Assembly (NCBI GenBank): GCA_000002445.1
Contig: CM000208.1
Span: forward strand, 704,001 to 768,000
Reading direction: 5' to 3'
DNA length: 64,000 nt
DNA from: Trypanosoma brucei
Taxonomy: Eukaryota
Positions 1 through 10,756 of this stretch are shown here, piece by piece. The notes beneath the pieces are model-generated. The model saw only the letters and a program-made list of their open reading frames with translations. It ran no database searches and was not told the origin of the DNA. The first letter of the stretch is position 1. Each line of letters opens with the position of its first letter. The position numbers and the translations under genes are program-made.

Positions 1-696
1 CTTGTGAAGCGACTTGCGGAAGCGCAACGAAAGGAAAAGGCAAACCGCGAAGCTGCTCCAATTCCCGAAGCCTATTACGATGTATGCTCGTGGGCCATAA
101 CCCCAAGCACACTTTGGTACATGGCTGGTCTGTGGATGGCTGATATATTTACAGAGGCCCTGCAGGAAACTGGCGAGGTTACTGACGAGAAGGTGGCCAG
201 CGAAGAGGGACTGAAACGTGCGAAGAGTACCGTCCTCTACTGGGCTGCACGGAATGGTGTTCCAATTTTCTCACCCTCTCTTACCGACGGTGACATTATG
301 GAGTTCATTCTCACCGCAGGGGACACTGGTGTGCCTTTACTGCAATTAGACTTGGTTGCAGATATTCACCGTCTTAACAGGCTTGCGATGCGAAGTCGAC
401 GCACGGGAATGATGATATTAGGCGGTGGCGTTGTGAAGCACCACGTCTGCAACGCAAATCTGATGCGCAACGGGGCTGATTATGCAGTGTTTTTGAATAA
501 TGCGCAAGAGTTTGACGGCAGCGACGCCGGGGCTCGCCCTGGTGAAGCAGTTTCTTGGGGCAAGTTAAGGTTGGACTCCACCGCAGTGAAAGTGTACTCG
601 GAGGTGACAATTGTGTTTCCGTTGATTGTTGTTCATGTATTTGTGGCGTGGGTCCGAATGATGCGGAGTAAAGGAAAGGAGAATATCCGCTCGTGA
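1..696 (+). CDS. DHS: Deoxyhypusine synthase, C-terminal 231 aa (5'-truncated by window edge)
   Basis: Frame-1 ORF is open from base 1 to the TGA at 694-696. The translation contains DHS hallmark stretches (GVPIFSPSLTDGDIMEF, MMILGGGVVKHH, GARPGEAVSWGKLRLD). The catalytic Lys (human K329 equivalent) in SWGK is conserved at nt 562-564. Confidence 0.8.
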   Translation, partial: LVKRLAEAQRKEKANREAAPIPEAYYDVCSWAITPSTLWYMAGLWMADIFTEALQETGEVTDEKVASEEGLKRAKSTVLYWAARNGVPIFSPSLTDGDIMEFILTAGDTGVPLLQLDLVADIHRLNRLAMRSRRTGMMILGGGVVKHHVCNANLMRNGADYAVFLNNAQEFDGSDAGARPGEAVSWGKLRLDSTAVKVYSEVTIVFPLIVVHVFVAWVRMMRSKGKENIRS

Positions 697-1132
697 TTTG
701 TTACAACACCTGTATGAGCATGCCTATTGCCATTTGTTTGATTTAGTGTACGCTTTGTACAGTTGCTTCAACAGGAATGAGCAGGGGTGGCGAGTCCGGT
801 TCGAGGGCATACGAATCCATTGCCTCGTGAGTTAGTGGGTTTGTTTGCATGTGTACGTGTGTGTGAGGGGCCAAACAACTTTTCCCTGATGGTCGGTCGC
901 TCGTTCGAGGGGGGAGGGATATTTTCCGTTCCTTAATAGTTCTAAATGGGGTAGTGTGCGTTTGGCTGCAACAAGTGCTTTCATGCCTTTGGAATTTTTG
1001 TCCTTAGAAGCTGTGTTCTGTTTTCTCTACTTTTCAGAGTTAAGCAAAATGGTGTGTAAGCCTTTAACACCGATCTCACGATTAAAAAAAATGGTAGAAG
1101 TCTACCCGCTCTCACCTTTCCTCTTGCGTGTA

Positions 1133-1154
1133 TAATATATATATATATATATAC
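1133..1154. repeat. (TA)n microsatellite in intergenic spacer
   Basis: Direct reading: tataatatatatatatatatatac. Confidence 0.9.
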
Positions 1155-1257
1155 TCTACATTATCTCTCTTCAGCACTTTCTTTTTTTTTTGCTCTATAT
1201 ACCTCTTGTAACACTAATGATGAATACCGAAAATAAAGAAGGGAGTTGGCGCTATTG

Positions 1258-3426
1258 ATGGAAGGGCGCCACGGCTTCAACTTTCACTCCCTGGGAGGTG
1301 CGGTCGATTCGCACAACATTTTCTCCGCTTTATCCGGAAGAGATGACGGCAACGTTGATTCAAATGGAGCTGCCATGTGGGATATTGCAACGAATTTGGT
1401 ACTGACTCTTCTATTAACCGCTCTCTCCAAATACGTACGTCGTTTCCTCATGGAAACGTGGCCCGCCTGGGTCTCGAAACAGTTTAAACGACTTTTGGGT
1501 ACGCGTGAAGAGGGCGTTGTTGCGGCTGCAGATGTTTTCCGTAGTCAGCCAGAGGAGTTTGCCTTTGATAATGAAATATTGGTGGTCGCAATGGAGAGGT
1601 ACATTTCCTGGGTGCTTTTTTCGAAGGGAAAGCCAAAACTAAATAAAGGTAGTGCAACTGGTGCCAACATCCCAGCCGAAGGCGTATCGGAGCAGTCGAT
1701 TCCTCTGCTTCGGCATGCACAGTACCTGTACACACCACTTAATTTGTCACCGTATAGGGGCAGGAAGGATATGTTTAACGTGCTGCGCCGGTATTATCGT
1801 GTTTTACTTGTTCCCGGTGATGGTGACGTTTTGGAGGTGGAACCTGGGCTTACCATTTGCTTTCATCAACAGTTCGTCTCTACCTCGTCGCTGAAGTCTG
1901 GCAAGCCCGTGTCACTGCGTGGTAATGCGGAAGTTTTGAGGGAGTATCCTCCTGTAAATTTTGATGCGACCCCCTTGGACCCTGGGGCTAAAAATGAGGA
2001 TGTTAGCCAAAGTGGTAGTGATGATAGTCAGTTACATGACGATGGAAAAACCACACGGCAATCAGGGAATGAGCGCGATGCGTACTTGCGTACGAGGAAG
2101 GTTATTGTCCGCCGAGCCCTGTTACGGTGCACGGATGCGGACAAGGGGCGTGAGCGCATCTTAAACTTTGCTCGCCGCGCATATGAGTGGTACATTTCCA
2201 CTGTTGGTGACGTTGTCGAACGATATTATTTCCACCCGAGCCGCTCAGAATTGCAGTGTGCGATAACTTCAAAGTGGTTGGACGAATCTGTGATGCCCCT
2301 CCGGTTTCCCATGCGTCGCTACATGATACCGACCGGGAGGTGCGGTTTTGAATCACTTTTTTTTCGTCAGAAAAGTGACCTGATTACATGTCTCACCGAG
2401 TTCAAAGAGAAGCGGGGTAGGTTTGGGGTTCCAGGGGTCGCGCAGCAGTTGCTAATTCTTCTACACGGTCCGCCTGGCACGGGGAAAACTAGTGTTATCC
2501 GTGCAATTGCGGGCTACCTCAATCGTAGCATTGTTGCTGTCCCTATCGAATACTTTCAAACAAATAGCAAACTACAGGAGATTCTATCTGGCGGCACAGT
2601 GAAGCTAGAAGGGTATAGTGCACCTGTTGCAGGGAATGAATGCGATCTTGAGGTCAGGAAAATAGTGTATGTCTTTGAGGATTTTGACGTGGTCACACAG
2701 TTAATTCCTTTCAGAATGTCGCTCACCCATCAGCGTTGCCCGCCTTCGAGTGTCTCCTCGCCCACATCATTTGATGGTGTTGAGGTGGGTTGTGGAACCC
2801 CGACTTCCGCCTTTGAAGCGGGTGACGATGACCTTTCTACCGAAATTCCTCAAACCCTGCATGAAGACACACTCTTACCTGATGAGGGACCTAACAGTCC
2901 TCCAAATGTAGATGCAGACGCTTCCGTAAAAGGGCGTACAAGTGAGGCTGAGAGCAAAAAAGAGAGCATCAATGATAACTTGCTTGAGGGCGCATGTGAT
3001 GAGAGCGACGCAATTTCTGAAGTATCAGTCAGTGAGATGCGTCGTTTCCAACGGAGACTTGCTCGCGACTTTCTTTCTCCAGAAGGGCTCCTGCGCACGC
3101 TTAACCCATGTTTCGCACAGCCTGACCGCGTGATTGTGTTCACAACAAACCATGTGGAGTTACTACCGGCGGAGCTGTTCAGGCCTGGTGTGCTGACGAT
3201 GGACATTCATATGTCCAACTGGGAGGCGAAAACAGCCTTTGAGTTCATTGCGCATCACTTCAGAAACTCACTTACTACAGAACTTCAGCAACGATTTGAA
3301 ACTTTCTTCTTGCGGTGTGAAAAGGAGGGACGGCAAGTTTTTATGAATCCCTCTTCACTCGAGCATTTATTGTTGACGTATGACAGCGCCGAAGATTTAC
3401 TACTGGAGTTGGAGCGTCAATATTAA
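1258..3426 (+). CDS. AAA+ ATPase, BCS1-like, with ~110-aa acidic low-complexity insertion
   Basis: Track ORF 1246..3426 starts at TTG; the first in-frame ATG is 1258. Walker A LLHGPPGTGKTS (~nt 2467-2493) and Walker B-like VYVFEDFD are present. Sensor/arginine-finger region RVIVFTTNHVELLPAELFRPGVLTMDIHM resembles BCS1-like proteins (…TTNHxExLDxALxRPGR…). Confidence 0.6.
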   Translation: MEGRHGFNFHSLGGAVDSHNIFSALSGRDDGNVDSNGAAMWDIATNLVLTLLLTALSKYVRRFLMETWPAWVSKQFKRLLGTREEGVVAAADVFRSQPEEFAFDNEILVVAMERYISWVLFSKGKPKLNKGSATGANIPAEGVSEQSIPLLRHAQYLYTPLNLSPYRGRKDMFNVLRRYYRVLLVPGDGDVLEVEPGLTICFHQQFVSTSSLKSGKPVSLRGNAEVLREYPPVNFDATPLDPGAKNEDVSQSGSDDSQLHDDGKTTRQSGNERDAYLRTRKVIVRRALLRCTDADKGRERILNFARRAYEWYISTVGDVVERYYFHPSRSELQCAITSKWLDESVMPLRFPMRRYMIPTGRCGFESLFFRQKSDLITCLTEFKEKRGRFGVPGVAQQLLILLHGPPGTGKTSVIRAIAGYLNRSIVAVPIEYFQTNSKLQEILSGGTVKLEGYSAPVAGNECDLEVRKIVYVFEDFDVVTQLIPFRMSLTHQRCPPSSVSSPTSFDGVEVGCGTPTSAFEAGDDDLSTEIPQTLHEDTLLPDEGPNSPPNVDADASVKGRTSEAESKKESINDNLLEGACDESDAISEVSVSEMRRFQRRLARDFLSPEGLLRTLNPCFAQPDRVIVFTTNHVELLPAELFRPGVLTMDIHMSNWEAKTAFEFIAHHFRNSLTTELQQRFETFFLRCEKEGRQVFMNPSSLEHLLLTYDSAEDLLLELERQY

Positions 3427-3797
3427 TTTTCACATTCTTTTACAACTCAATTGCCCCCTTCCTAACACACGCTTTCTCTTCGAACACCGAATATTTGTTT
3501 TGTGATTACTCTCTTCATTTCCTTCTTATTTTTACTTTCCTGTGGGTGTGTTCCTTTTGACAACTTTTTGTTACTTTGTCCGTGTGTGCCGTTTGGTTTG
3601 TCCTCATTGGAGGTCGTAAACAAGCAAGTGGTAACGAGAGCGAAAGAAAAAAAGGAAAGAGAAGGTAAAATTAAAAAAAGAGTGTGTAGTGAGGATTAGG
3701 AGAACACGAACATTTACTGCAACGTGTTTTTTTTTTTAAGTAATACCATTATTAAAGAACAAACAGGTAACACGTTCCCTGTAATACAAAGTTAGCC

Positions 3798-4946
3798 ATG
3801 ACGTCTTCAATGATCCCTGTGGATCCCGACAAGCGGGACGACATATACTACCGTTACAAAATGCCTGCCATTCAAACAAAGGTAGAAGGCAGTGGTAACG
3901 GTATCAAGACTGTCTTTCCGAATATCCACGACGTTTGCCTCGCCATCAACAGGCCAGAAGAAGTCCTGATGAAGTATTTCCAGTCAGAGTTTGGTGCTCA
4001 GCGCACGGTGTCTGAAAAGGACGACAAATTTCTTATTATGGGAAGTCATACAGAGGAACGTGTACAGGAAAAAGTATATGACTTTATCCGCCAGTTTGTC
4101 CTATGCAGGAGCTGCCGTAACCCCGAAACTCAGCTCTCTGTGGAGCGCAACAAGAAGGGTGCCCCCCAGGTTAGCATGTCGTGCGGAGCGTGCGGTAAGT
4201 CGATGAAGTTGGAAGACCTTGGAGCGCGCTACGTCACTGCTCTCGCTACTCACTTCGCCAAAAACCCACAGGCAGCACTACGGAAAGGCGCAGGTACGGC
4301 GGAGGCTCGTAAGAAGGATAAGGCCCAACAGGAGGAGGCGGCGGCTGCTGCAGCAGCAAAGTTGGCGGTTCCTGTGGAGAAACACGTGATTATGAAATCA
4401 GACCTACAGGATACACGTGAGGCGCCGCAAGAAGTGCTTGCACGCTTCATGAGACAATGTGAAGGTGACTACGAAGAGATTCTGCGTCACTCCATGGAAC
4501 TTATGTCAACCTACAACTTGAAGGACAAAATGGGGCCGCTACTCGTTCTGAATGCCATTGTAATTGCCGAAAAGGAGTTCATGGCTGGTTTACGACGCCA
4601 TACGGCACTGCTGAAGCGCTTTTCAACCCTTCCAGACTCTGTACTGTACGACGCTTCGGCGGATGAGACGACAAAGACGGAGCGACAAAAGCGGAAGATG
4701 CAGCTACAGGTTGCTGCTATGGAGGAGTGCGCCCGCATATGCGTGCAGCACCTCAAGCCTGAGCAGCTTGTGGTTGCGTTATTTGTTCTTTTCATTGAAG
4801 GCGTTCTCGAGGGTGAATCGATTAAGAACTGGCATAACGAAGGAAAACCCCCGTCAAAGGTCGACCCAGCGGTATACGCCGAGATGAGGGAAGCGGTGGA
4901 GCCACTTGTCGTGTGGTTGGATGGGAACAAGTGTGTCGCAGCGTGA
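3798..4946 (+). CDS. EIF5: Eukaryotic translation initiation factor 5 (eIF5)
   Basis: N-terminus YYRYKMPAIQTKVEGSGNGIKTVFPNIHDVCLAINRPEEVLMKYF matches the eIF2beta/eIF5 family N-domain. A C4 zinc ribbon (CRSCRNPET…CGACG) follows. The C-terminal half is W2-like and helical. ATG at 3798, TGA at 4944-4946. Confidence 0.8.
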   Translation: MTSSMIPVDPDKRDDIYYRYKMPAIQTKVEGSGNGIKTVFPNIHDVCLAINRPEEVLMKYFQSEFGAQRTVSEKDDKFLIMGSHTEERVQEKVYDFIRQFVLCRSCRNPETQLSVERNKKGAPQVSMSCGACGKSMKLEDLGARYVTALATHFAKNPQAALRKGAGTAEARKKDKAQQEEAAAAAAAKLAVPVEKHVIMKSDLQDTREAPQEVLARFMRQCEGDYEEILRHSMELMSTYNLKDKMGPLLVLNAIVIAEKEFMAGLRRHTALLKRFSTLPDSVLYDASADETTKTERQKRKMQLQVAAMEECARICVQHLKPEQLVVALFVLFIEGVLEGESIKNWHNEGKPPSKVDPAVYAEMREAVEPLVVWLDGNKCVAA

Positions 4947-6163
4947 AGCCCCGTGGCCTCATTCCGTCCATCGTAACTTCAATTTTTCCCCACTCCTGTC
5001 TTTACTCTTATTTTTCCTCCATATTCCCCTTTTTGTTTACTTCAGCGTCGGCTGCTGTGTGCGGACCGCCTTATTTCCCTCACCTTTTTTTTTTTGCACC
5101 ACATTAATTTTTCACTTCGGTCCCTTCCATCGTCGTGGCATATCGGGTATATCGCGCGCTGTGGTGATGCACTCAGAGGCGTGAAATGAAGCGCAACATA
5201 CTCCTTCCTTGCCGTGGTGAACCGAAATGGTTTTTTGTACTTGCCTCACAGTTGTTACCATGTAGTTTACATCTGCAACCGTGTGAATCAATTCGCATCA
5301 CAAAGGCTGTTTGGGGTAGGGCAGAAGAAAGCTAAATGACTTGTTGGTATTCTAACCTCGTTGTAGTCGTTAAATAAATCGCAACGAAAGGTAAACATAT
5401 TGTGGCTTGCGCCATTCCGTTCCGCTTCATTTTATTCCCCTTTTGAATGTTTTCTTCGGCGCTTCTCTCATGTATACGAAATGGGGAAAAAATGAAGAAC
5501 CGAACGAGTGCACTGCAATAATAATAAGGTAAAAGCAGTTACAGTAGTGAAAATTGGGAAGAAGTGGAGGGCAGGTACACGTGGTTTCTTTTTTTTCCAT
5601 ACTGTTCTGTGTACTAGTGGACGGTGAAGCGTTTTAAGTGTTGTTTGCGGAGACGGGAAACGAAAAACCAAGAAATGGAGGATGAGGGAAATTTGTTGGG
5701 TGTCGATGTGGGAAAAGAGAGGAAGGGAAGGCTGTACACTTTCATTGGGTATCTGCCCTTACATCGAATGAAGCGGGCAGGGAAGCGAGGGGGGATTATA
5801 ATGGAGTGAAGGCATTTAATAGAGTAGGACATAGTCGGGTGAAAGAAGGTGATGACGGGGAAGTAAAATAAACCCTGTACAGCGCAGGTGTGGGAATTCT
5901 TGTCCAGTCTGTTTATTTTTCCTCCTTTGTTTCTCCCCCTTGTGTGGGGTATAGTTACACAACCCTTCCTCTTTTTGTCTTCTTATGCCTGCACGTCGGC
6001 ACAACCATTGTTGAGTATTGTCTCGTTGCTGTACTCCTCTATGGCTTACTTGCCTGTGATATCAAGTACCTTCATAGCGGTTGCCTCCCCTCTGTCGAAG
6101 GAAGGGGAAAAAAGAGGGGTAAAATTACACATTACCGGGAATATTCACAGCGTTTCTTAACCG

Positions 6164-9100
6164 ATGCTAAAAGGAGGTAGCAGTACATCTTTCCTGCTTC
6201 CGCAGCAGTTTGTTGAACCGCTTCCTCACGCACCTGTAGAGATTAGTGCACTACACTACGGCCTTCTTTCTCGTAACGATGTGCATCGTCTTTCCGTACT
6301 TCCATGTCGCCGTGTTGTTGGTGATGTTAAAGAGTACGGAGTCAATGACGCCCGTCTTGGCGTATGCGACCGTCTTTCCATCTGCGAAACTTGCGGACTC
6401 AACAGCATCGAGTGTGTTGGACATCCGGGTCACATTGACCTCGAGGCACCAGTTTTTCATCTTGGTTTCTTCACCACAGTGTTGCGAATTTGCCGTACTA
6501 TATGCAAACGCTGCTCGCATGTGTTACTAGATGATACTGAAATCGATTATTATAAGAGGCGTTTGTCGTCTTCATCCCTCGAACCGCTGCAGCGCACGAT
6601 GCTCATTAAAACGATACAAACGGATGCATATAAGACACGTGTGTGCCTTAAGTGTGGCGGTCTGAACGGCGTAGTACGGCGTGTGCGACCAATGAGGCTT
6701 GTTCACGAAAAATATCACGTGGAGCCTCGCCGTGGTGAGGGGCCTAGGGAGAACCCTGGTGGTTTCTTTGACGCTGAGCTGCGAACTGCATGTGCTTACA
6801 ACAAGGTCGTCGGCGAGTGTAGAGAGTTCGTTCACGACTTCCTTGACCCCGTACGTGTCCGGCAGCTATTTCTTGCGGTTCCACCTGGGGAAGTCATACT
6901 GTTAGGCCTAGCACCTGGAGTTAGTCCTACGGATCTACTCATGACAACACTTCTTGTGCCTCCCGTGCCCGTGCGGCCACGAGGGTGTGCGGGGACAACG
7001 ACCGTTCGCGATGATGATCTCACAGCTCAGTACAACGACATCCTGGTCAGCACAGATACCATGCAGGACGGATCTCTTGATGCCACTAGGTATACGGAGA
7101 CGTGGGAGATGTTGCAGATGAGGGCAGCGAGGCTACTTGATTCGAGTCTTCCAGGGTTTCCACCAAATGTCCGTACCAGTGATTTGAAATCATATGCTCA
7201 AAGACTAAAGAGCAAACATGGCAGGTTCCGCTGTAACCTCAGTGGGAAACGTGTAGACTACTCGGGTCGCTCCGTCATTTCACCCGACCCAAATCTTGAT
7301 GTGGATGAGCTCGCAGTGCCCCTTCATGTTGCCCGTGTGCTGACCTACCCTCAAAGAGTTTTCAAGGCCAACCATGAGCTAATGCGTCGACTTGTGCGCA
7401 ACGGCCCGCACGTTCACCCTGGCGCCACTACCGTTTACCTGGCGCAGGAAGGCTCAAAGAAGTCCCTCAAGAACGAGCGGGATCGACACCGCCTGGCAGC
7501 ACGCCTTGCAGTTGGAGACATTGTTGAGCGACATGTGATGAATGGTGACTTGGTTTTATTTAATCGCCAGCCTTCGCTTCATCGTGTTTCAATGATGGCC
7601 CATCGTGCTCGAGTGCTGCCTTTCCGCACGTTTCGTTTCAATGAGTGTTGTTGCGCACCTTATAATGCTGATTTCGATGGTGACGAAATGAATGTGCATT
7701 TTGTTCAAACCGAAAAGGCTCGGGCAGAAGCTCTTCAACTTATGTCCACCGCGAGGAACATCATTTCAGCGAAAAATGGTGAGCCAATTATTGCGTGTAC
7801 ACAAGATTTTTTGGCCGCTGCATACCTTGTAACATCTCGCGATGTTTTTTTTGACCGTGGCGAGTTCTCGCAGATGGTGTCGCATTGGCTCGGCCCAGTA
7901 ACGCAATTTAGACTGCCCATTCCCGCTATATTGAAACCCGTAGAGCTATGGACGGGAAAACAGTTGTTTGAACTCATTGTACGTCCCTCACCTGAGGTGG
8001 ATGTACTGTTGAGTTTTGAGGCTCCAACAAAGTTCTACACGAGGAAGGGTAAGCACGACTGTGCAGAGGAGGGCTATGTGGCATTCCTTGATTCCTGTTT
8101 TATATCAGGCCGCCTCGACAAGAAGTTATTAGGTGGAGGAGCAAAGGATGGACTTTTCGCACGGCTACACACCATTGCTGGGGGTGGGTACACAGCGCGT
8201 GTTATGTCTCGCATTGCACAGTTCACTTCACGGTACCTAACAAATTATGGGTTTAGCCTGGGCCTCGGCGATGTTGCGCCAACCCCAGAGTTGAACAAAC
8301 AGAAAGCAGCAGTTCTAGCGCGCTCTGTAGAGGTATGTGATGGTTTAATCAAATCAGCGAAGACGGGGCGGATGATACCCCTTCCGGGTCTTACTGTCAA
8401 GCAATCACTGGAGGCGCGTCTCAATACGGAGTTGTCGAAGGTGCGTGACGAGTGCGGTACCGCAGCCGTACAAACACTTTCCATCCACAACAATACGCCG
8501 CTGATCATGGTGCAATCGGGTAGTAAAGGTAGTGCCCTGAACATTGCTCAAATGATGGCCTGCGTGGGCCAGCAGACTGTAAGTGGGAAGCGTATTTTGG
8601 ACGCCTTTCAGGACCGCTCGCTCCCACATTTCCACCGTTTTGAAGAGGCACCTGCAGCCCGTGGGTTTGTGGCTAACTCGTTTTACTCTGGCCTCTCCCC
8701 GACAGAGTTTTTCTTTCACACAATGGCAGGACGTGAGGGTCTCGTCGATACGGCAGTCAAGACGGCAGAAACGGGGTATATATATCGGCGCCTGATGAAG
8801 GCAATGGAAAACTTGAGCGTACGGTACGACGGCACGGTGCGTAACACGAAAGGAGACGTAATACAGCTAAGGTTTGGTGAAGATGGCCTTGACCCTCAGC
8901 TCATGGAGGGTAATAGCGGCACACCTCTGAACTTGGAGCAGGAATGGCTTAGTGTTCGAGCGGCGTATGCACGTTGGGTCGTGGGACTGCTTGCTGGAAG
9001 TAAGACGGCAAGTGACGGAAATGCAATACGAGATAATGAAAATTACTTTAACGAGTTTATTTCGATGCTTCCAACAGAGGGACCTTCGTTTGTAGAAATG

Positions 9101-10756
9101 TGCTTGAATGGGGATCAAGAGGCGCTAAAAGTTTGTGAGGAACAGGAGTCTCGAGAAGATGCTTTGCATAACAGCAACGGGAAAACTAATGATAGGGAGA
9201 GCAGGCCACGTACAGGAAGACTGCGTCGGGCAGTGTTAATTTCCCATCTGGTTAAAGTTTGCAGTAGAAAGTTCAAAGATGATATCCAAGACTTCTTCGT
9301 GAAAAAGGTGAGGGAACAGCAACGGATCCGCAACCTGCTCAACCTTCCCAACACGAGTCGTGAGCGAACGGAGGGGGGAGGTGACAATAGTGGGCCTATT
9401 GCAAATAAGAGAACCAAAAAGAGAGCACCGTCACTGAAGGTCAAAGACAGCAAAGAAGGGGGAAGGGTTTCCGAGTTGCGGGACCTTGAGATGCTTCAGA
9501 CCGAACTACTTCCGCTGACACGCGGAATGGTAACACGATTCATTGCTCAATGCGCAAGCAAGTATCTGCGTAAGGCATGTGAGCCTGGTACCCCGTGCGG
9601 CGCCATTGCTGCCCAATCTGTTGGTGAGCCAAGTACTCAGATGACTTTGCGTACCTTTCACTTTGCTGGTGTGGCGAGCATGAGCATTACGCAGGGTGTT
9701 CCTCGACTAGTGGAGGTCATCAACGCCAATCGCAATATTGCTACACCCGTTGTCACAGCTCCAGTACTACTTATGGAAGGGGAGGAAAACCATTGCGAAA
9801 TATTCAGGAAGCGGGCACGGTTCGTGAAGGCCCAGATTGAGCGCGTGCTGTTACGTGAGGTTGTGTCCGAAATTGTGGAGGTGTGCAGTGACACTGAATT
9901 TTACCTCCGTGTGCACCTTAATATGTCCGTTATTACAAAACTGCATCTACCCATCAACGCCATCACCGTTCGTCAGCGCATTCTTGCGGCCGCTGGGCAT
10001 ACCATGTCTCCCCTTCGGATGCTAAACGAGGATTGTATAGAGGTATTCAGCCTCGACACACTCGCTGTATATCCCCACTTTCAGGATGCCCGTTGGGTTC
10101 ACTTTAGTCTCCGACGCATCCTCGGGTTACTCCCCGACGTTGTAGTTGGGGGCATCGGAGGCATTAACCGTGCGATGATATCCTCAAACGGCACTGAAGT
10201 GTTGGCAGAAGGCGCGGAGCTGCGTGCCGTAATGAATCTTTGGGGTGTCGACTCTACTCGGGTGGTCTGTAATCACGTGGCCGTGGTGGAGCGTGTGCTG
10301 GGTATTGAAGCTGCGCGCCGTGTGATCGTGGACGAGATACAAAACATACTCAAGGCATACAGTCTAAGCATTGACGTTCGGCACGTGTACCTCCTTGCGG
10401 ATCTCATGACTCAACGAGGTGTGGTGCTTGGAATTACGCGATACGGCATTCAAAAAATGAACTTCAACGTTCTTACCATGGCTTCATTTGAGCGCACCAC
10501 GGACCATTTGTACAATGCCGCAGCCACTCAACGAGTTGACCGGGATCTCAGTGTGTCAGACAGTATTATCGTAGGGAAACCTGTCCCATTAGGGACAACA
10601 TCCTTCGATCTCTTGTTAGACGGTTCCATAAGCAACGATGTTCTCCCTCCTCAGCGTTGCGTGAAACGCGGGATGGGCCCCAACTTCCACACCGCAAAAC
10701 GACATCATCTGGTACCTCTTGCCGCTGAGGGTGTTTTTCGTTTGGATCTTTTTTAA
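6164..10756 (+). CDS. RPC1: DNA-directed RNA polymerase largest subunit, most likely RNA polymerase III (RPC1/C160)
   Basis: 1530-aa ORF. Catalytic Mg-binding motif NADFDGDEMN at nt 7665-7694. Clamp/zinc motifs near the N-terminus (CETCG…C…HPGH). The length fits Pol III (about 1450-1550 aa) rather than Pol I or Pol II (about 1750 aa in trypanosomatids), and there is no CTD repeat. Confidence 0.7.
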   Translation: MLKGGSSTSFLLPQQFVEPLPHAPVEISALHYGLLSRNDVHRLSVLPCRRVVGDVKEYGVNDARLGVCDRLSICETCGLNSIECVGHPGHIDLEAPVFHLGFFTTVLRICRTICKRCSHVLLDDTEIDYYKRRLSSSSLEPLQRTMLIKTIQTDAYKTRVCLKCGGLNGVVRRVRPMRLVHEKYHVEPRRGEGPRENPGGFFDAELRTACAYNKVVGECREFVHDFLDPVRVRQLFLAVPPGEVILLGLAPGVSPTDLLMTTLLVPPVPVRPRGCAGTTTVRDDDLTAQYNDILVSTDTMQDGSLDATRYTETWEMLQMRAARLLDSSLPGFPPNVRTSDLKSYAQRLKSKHGRFRCNLSGKRVDYSGRSVISPDPNLDVDELAVPLHVARVLTYPQRVFKANHELMRRLVRNGPHVHPGATTVYLAQEGSKKSLKNERDRHRLAARLAVGDIVERHVMNGDLVLFNRQPSLHRVSMMAHRARVLPFRTFRFNECCCAPYNADFDGDEMNVHFVQTEKARAEALQLMSTARNIISAKNGEPIIACTQDFLAAAYLVTSRDVFFDRGEFSQMVSHWLGPVTQFRLPIPAILKPVELWTGKQLFELIVRPSPEVDVLLSFEAPTKFYTRKGKHDCAEEGYVAFLDSCFISGRLDKKLLGGGAKDGLFARLHTIAGGGYTARVMSRIAQFTSRYLTNYGFSLGLGDVAPTPELNKQKAAVLARSVEVCDGLIKSAKTGRMIPLPGLTVKQSLEARLNTELSKVRDECGTAAVQTLSIHNNTPLIMVQSGSKGSALNIAQMMACVGQQTVSGKRILDAFQDRSLPHFHRFEEAPAARGFVANSFYSGLSPTEFFFHTMAGREGLVDTAVKTAETGYIYRRLMKAMENLSVRYDGTVRNTKGDVIQLRFGEDGLDPQLMEGNSGTPLNLEQEWLSVRAAYARWVVGLLAGSKTASDGNAIRDNENYFNEFISMLPTEGPSFVEMCLNGDQEALKVCEEQESREDALHNSNGKTNDRESRPRTGRLRRAVLISHLVKVCSRKFKDDIQDFFVKKVREQQRIRNLLNLPNTSRERTEGGGDNSGPIANKRTKKRAPSLKVKDSKEGGRVSELRDLEMLQTELLPLTRGMVTRFIAQCASKYLRKACEPGTPCGAIAAQSVGEPSTQMTLRTFHFAGVASMSITQGVPRLVEVINANRNIATPVVTAPVLLMEGEENHCEIFRKRARFVKAQIERVLLREVVSEIVEVCSDTEFYLRVHLNMSVITKLHLPINAITVRQRILAAAGHTMSPLRMLNEDCIEVFSLDTLAVYPHFQDARWVHFSLRRILGLLPDVVVGGIGGINRAMISSNGTEVLAEGAELRAVMNLWGVDSTRVVCNHVAVVERVLGIEAARRVIVDEIQNILKAYSLSIDVRHVYLLADLMTQRGVVLGITRYGIQKMNFNVLTMASFERTTDHLYNAAATQRVDRDLSVSDSIIVGKPVPLGTTSFDLLLDGSISNDVLPPQRCVKRGMGPNFHTAKRHHLVPLAAEGVFRLDLF

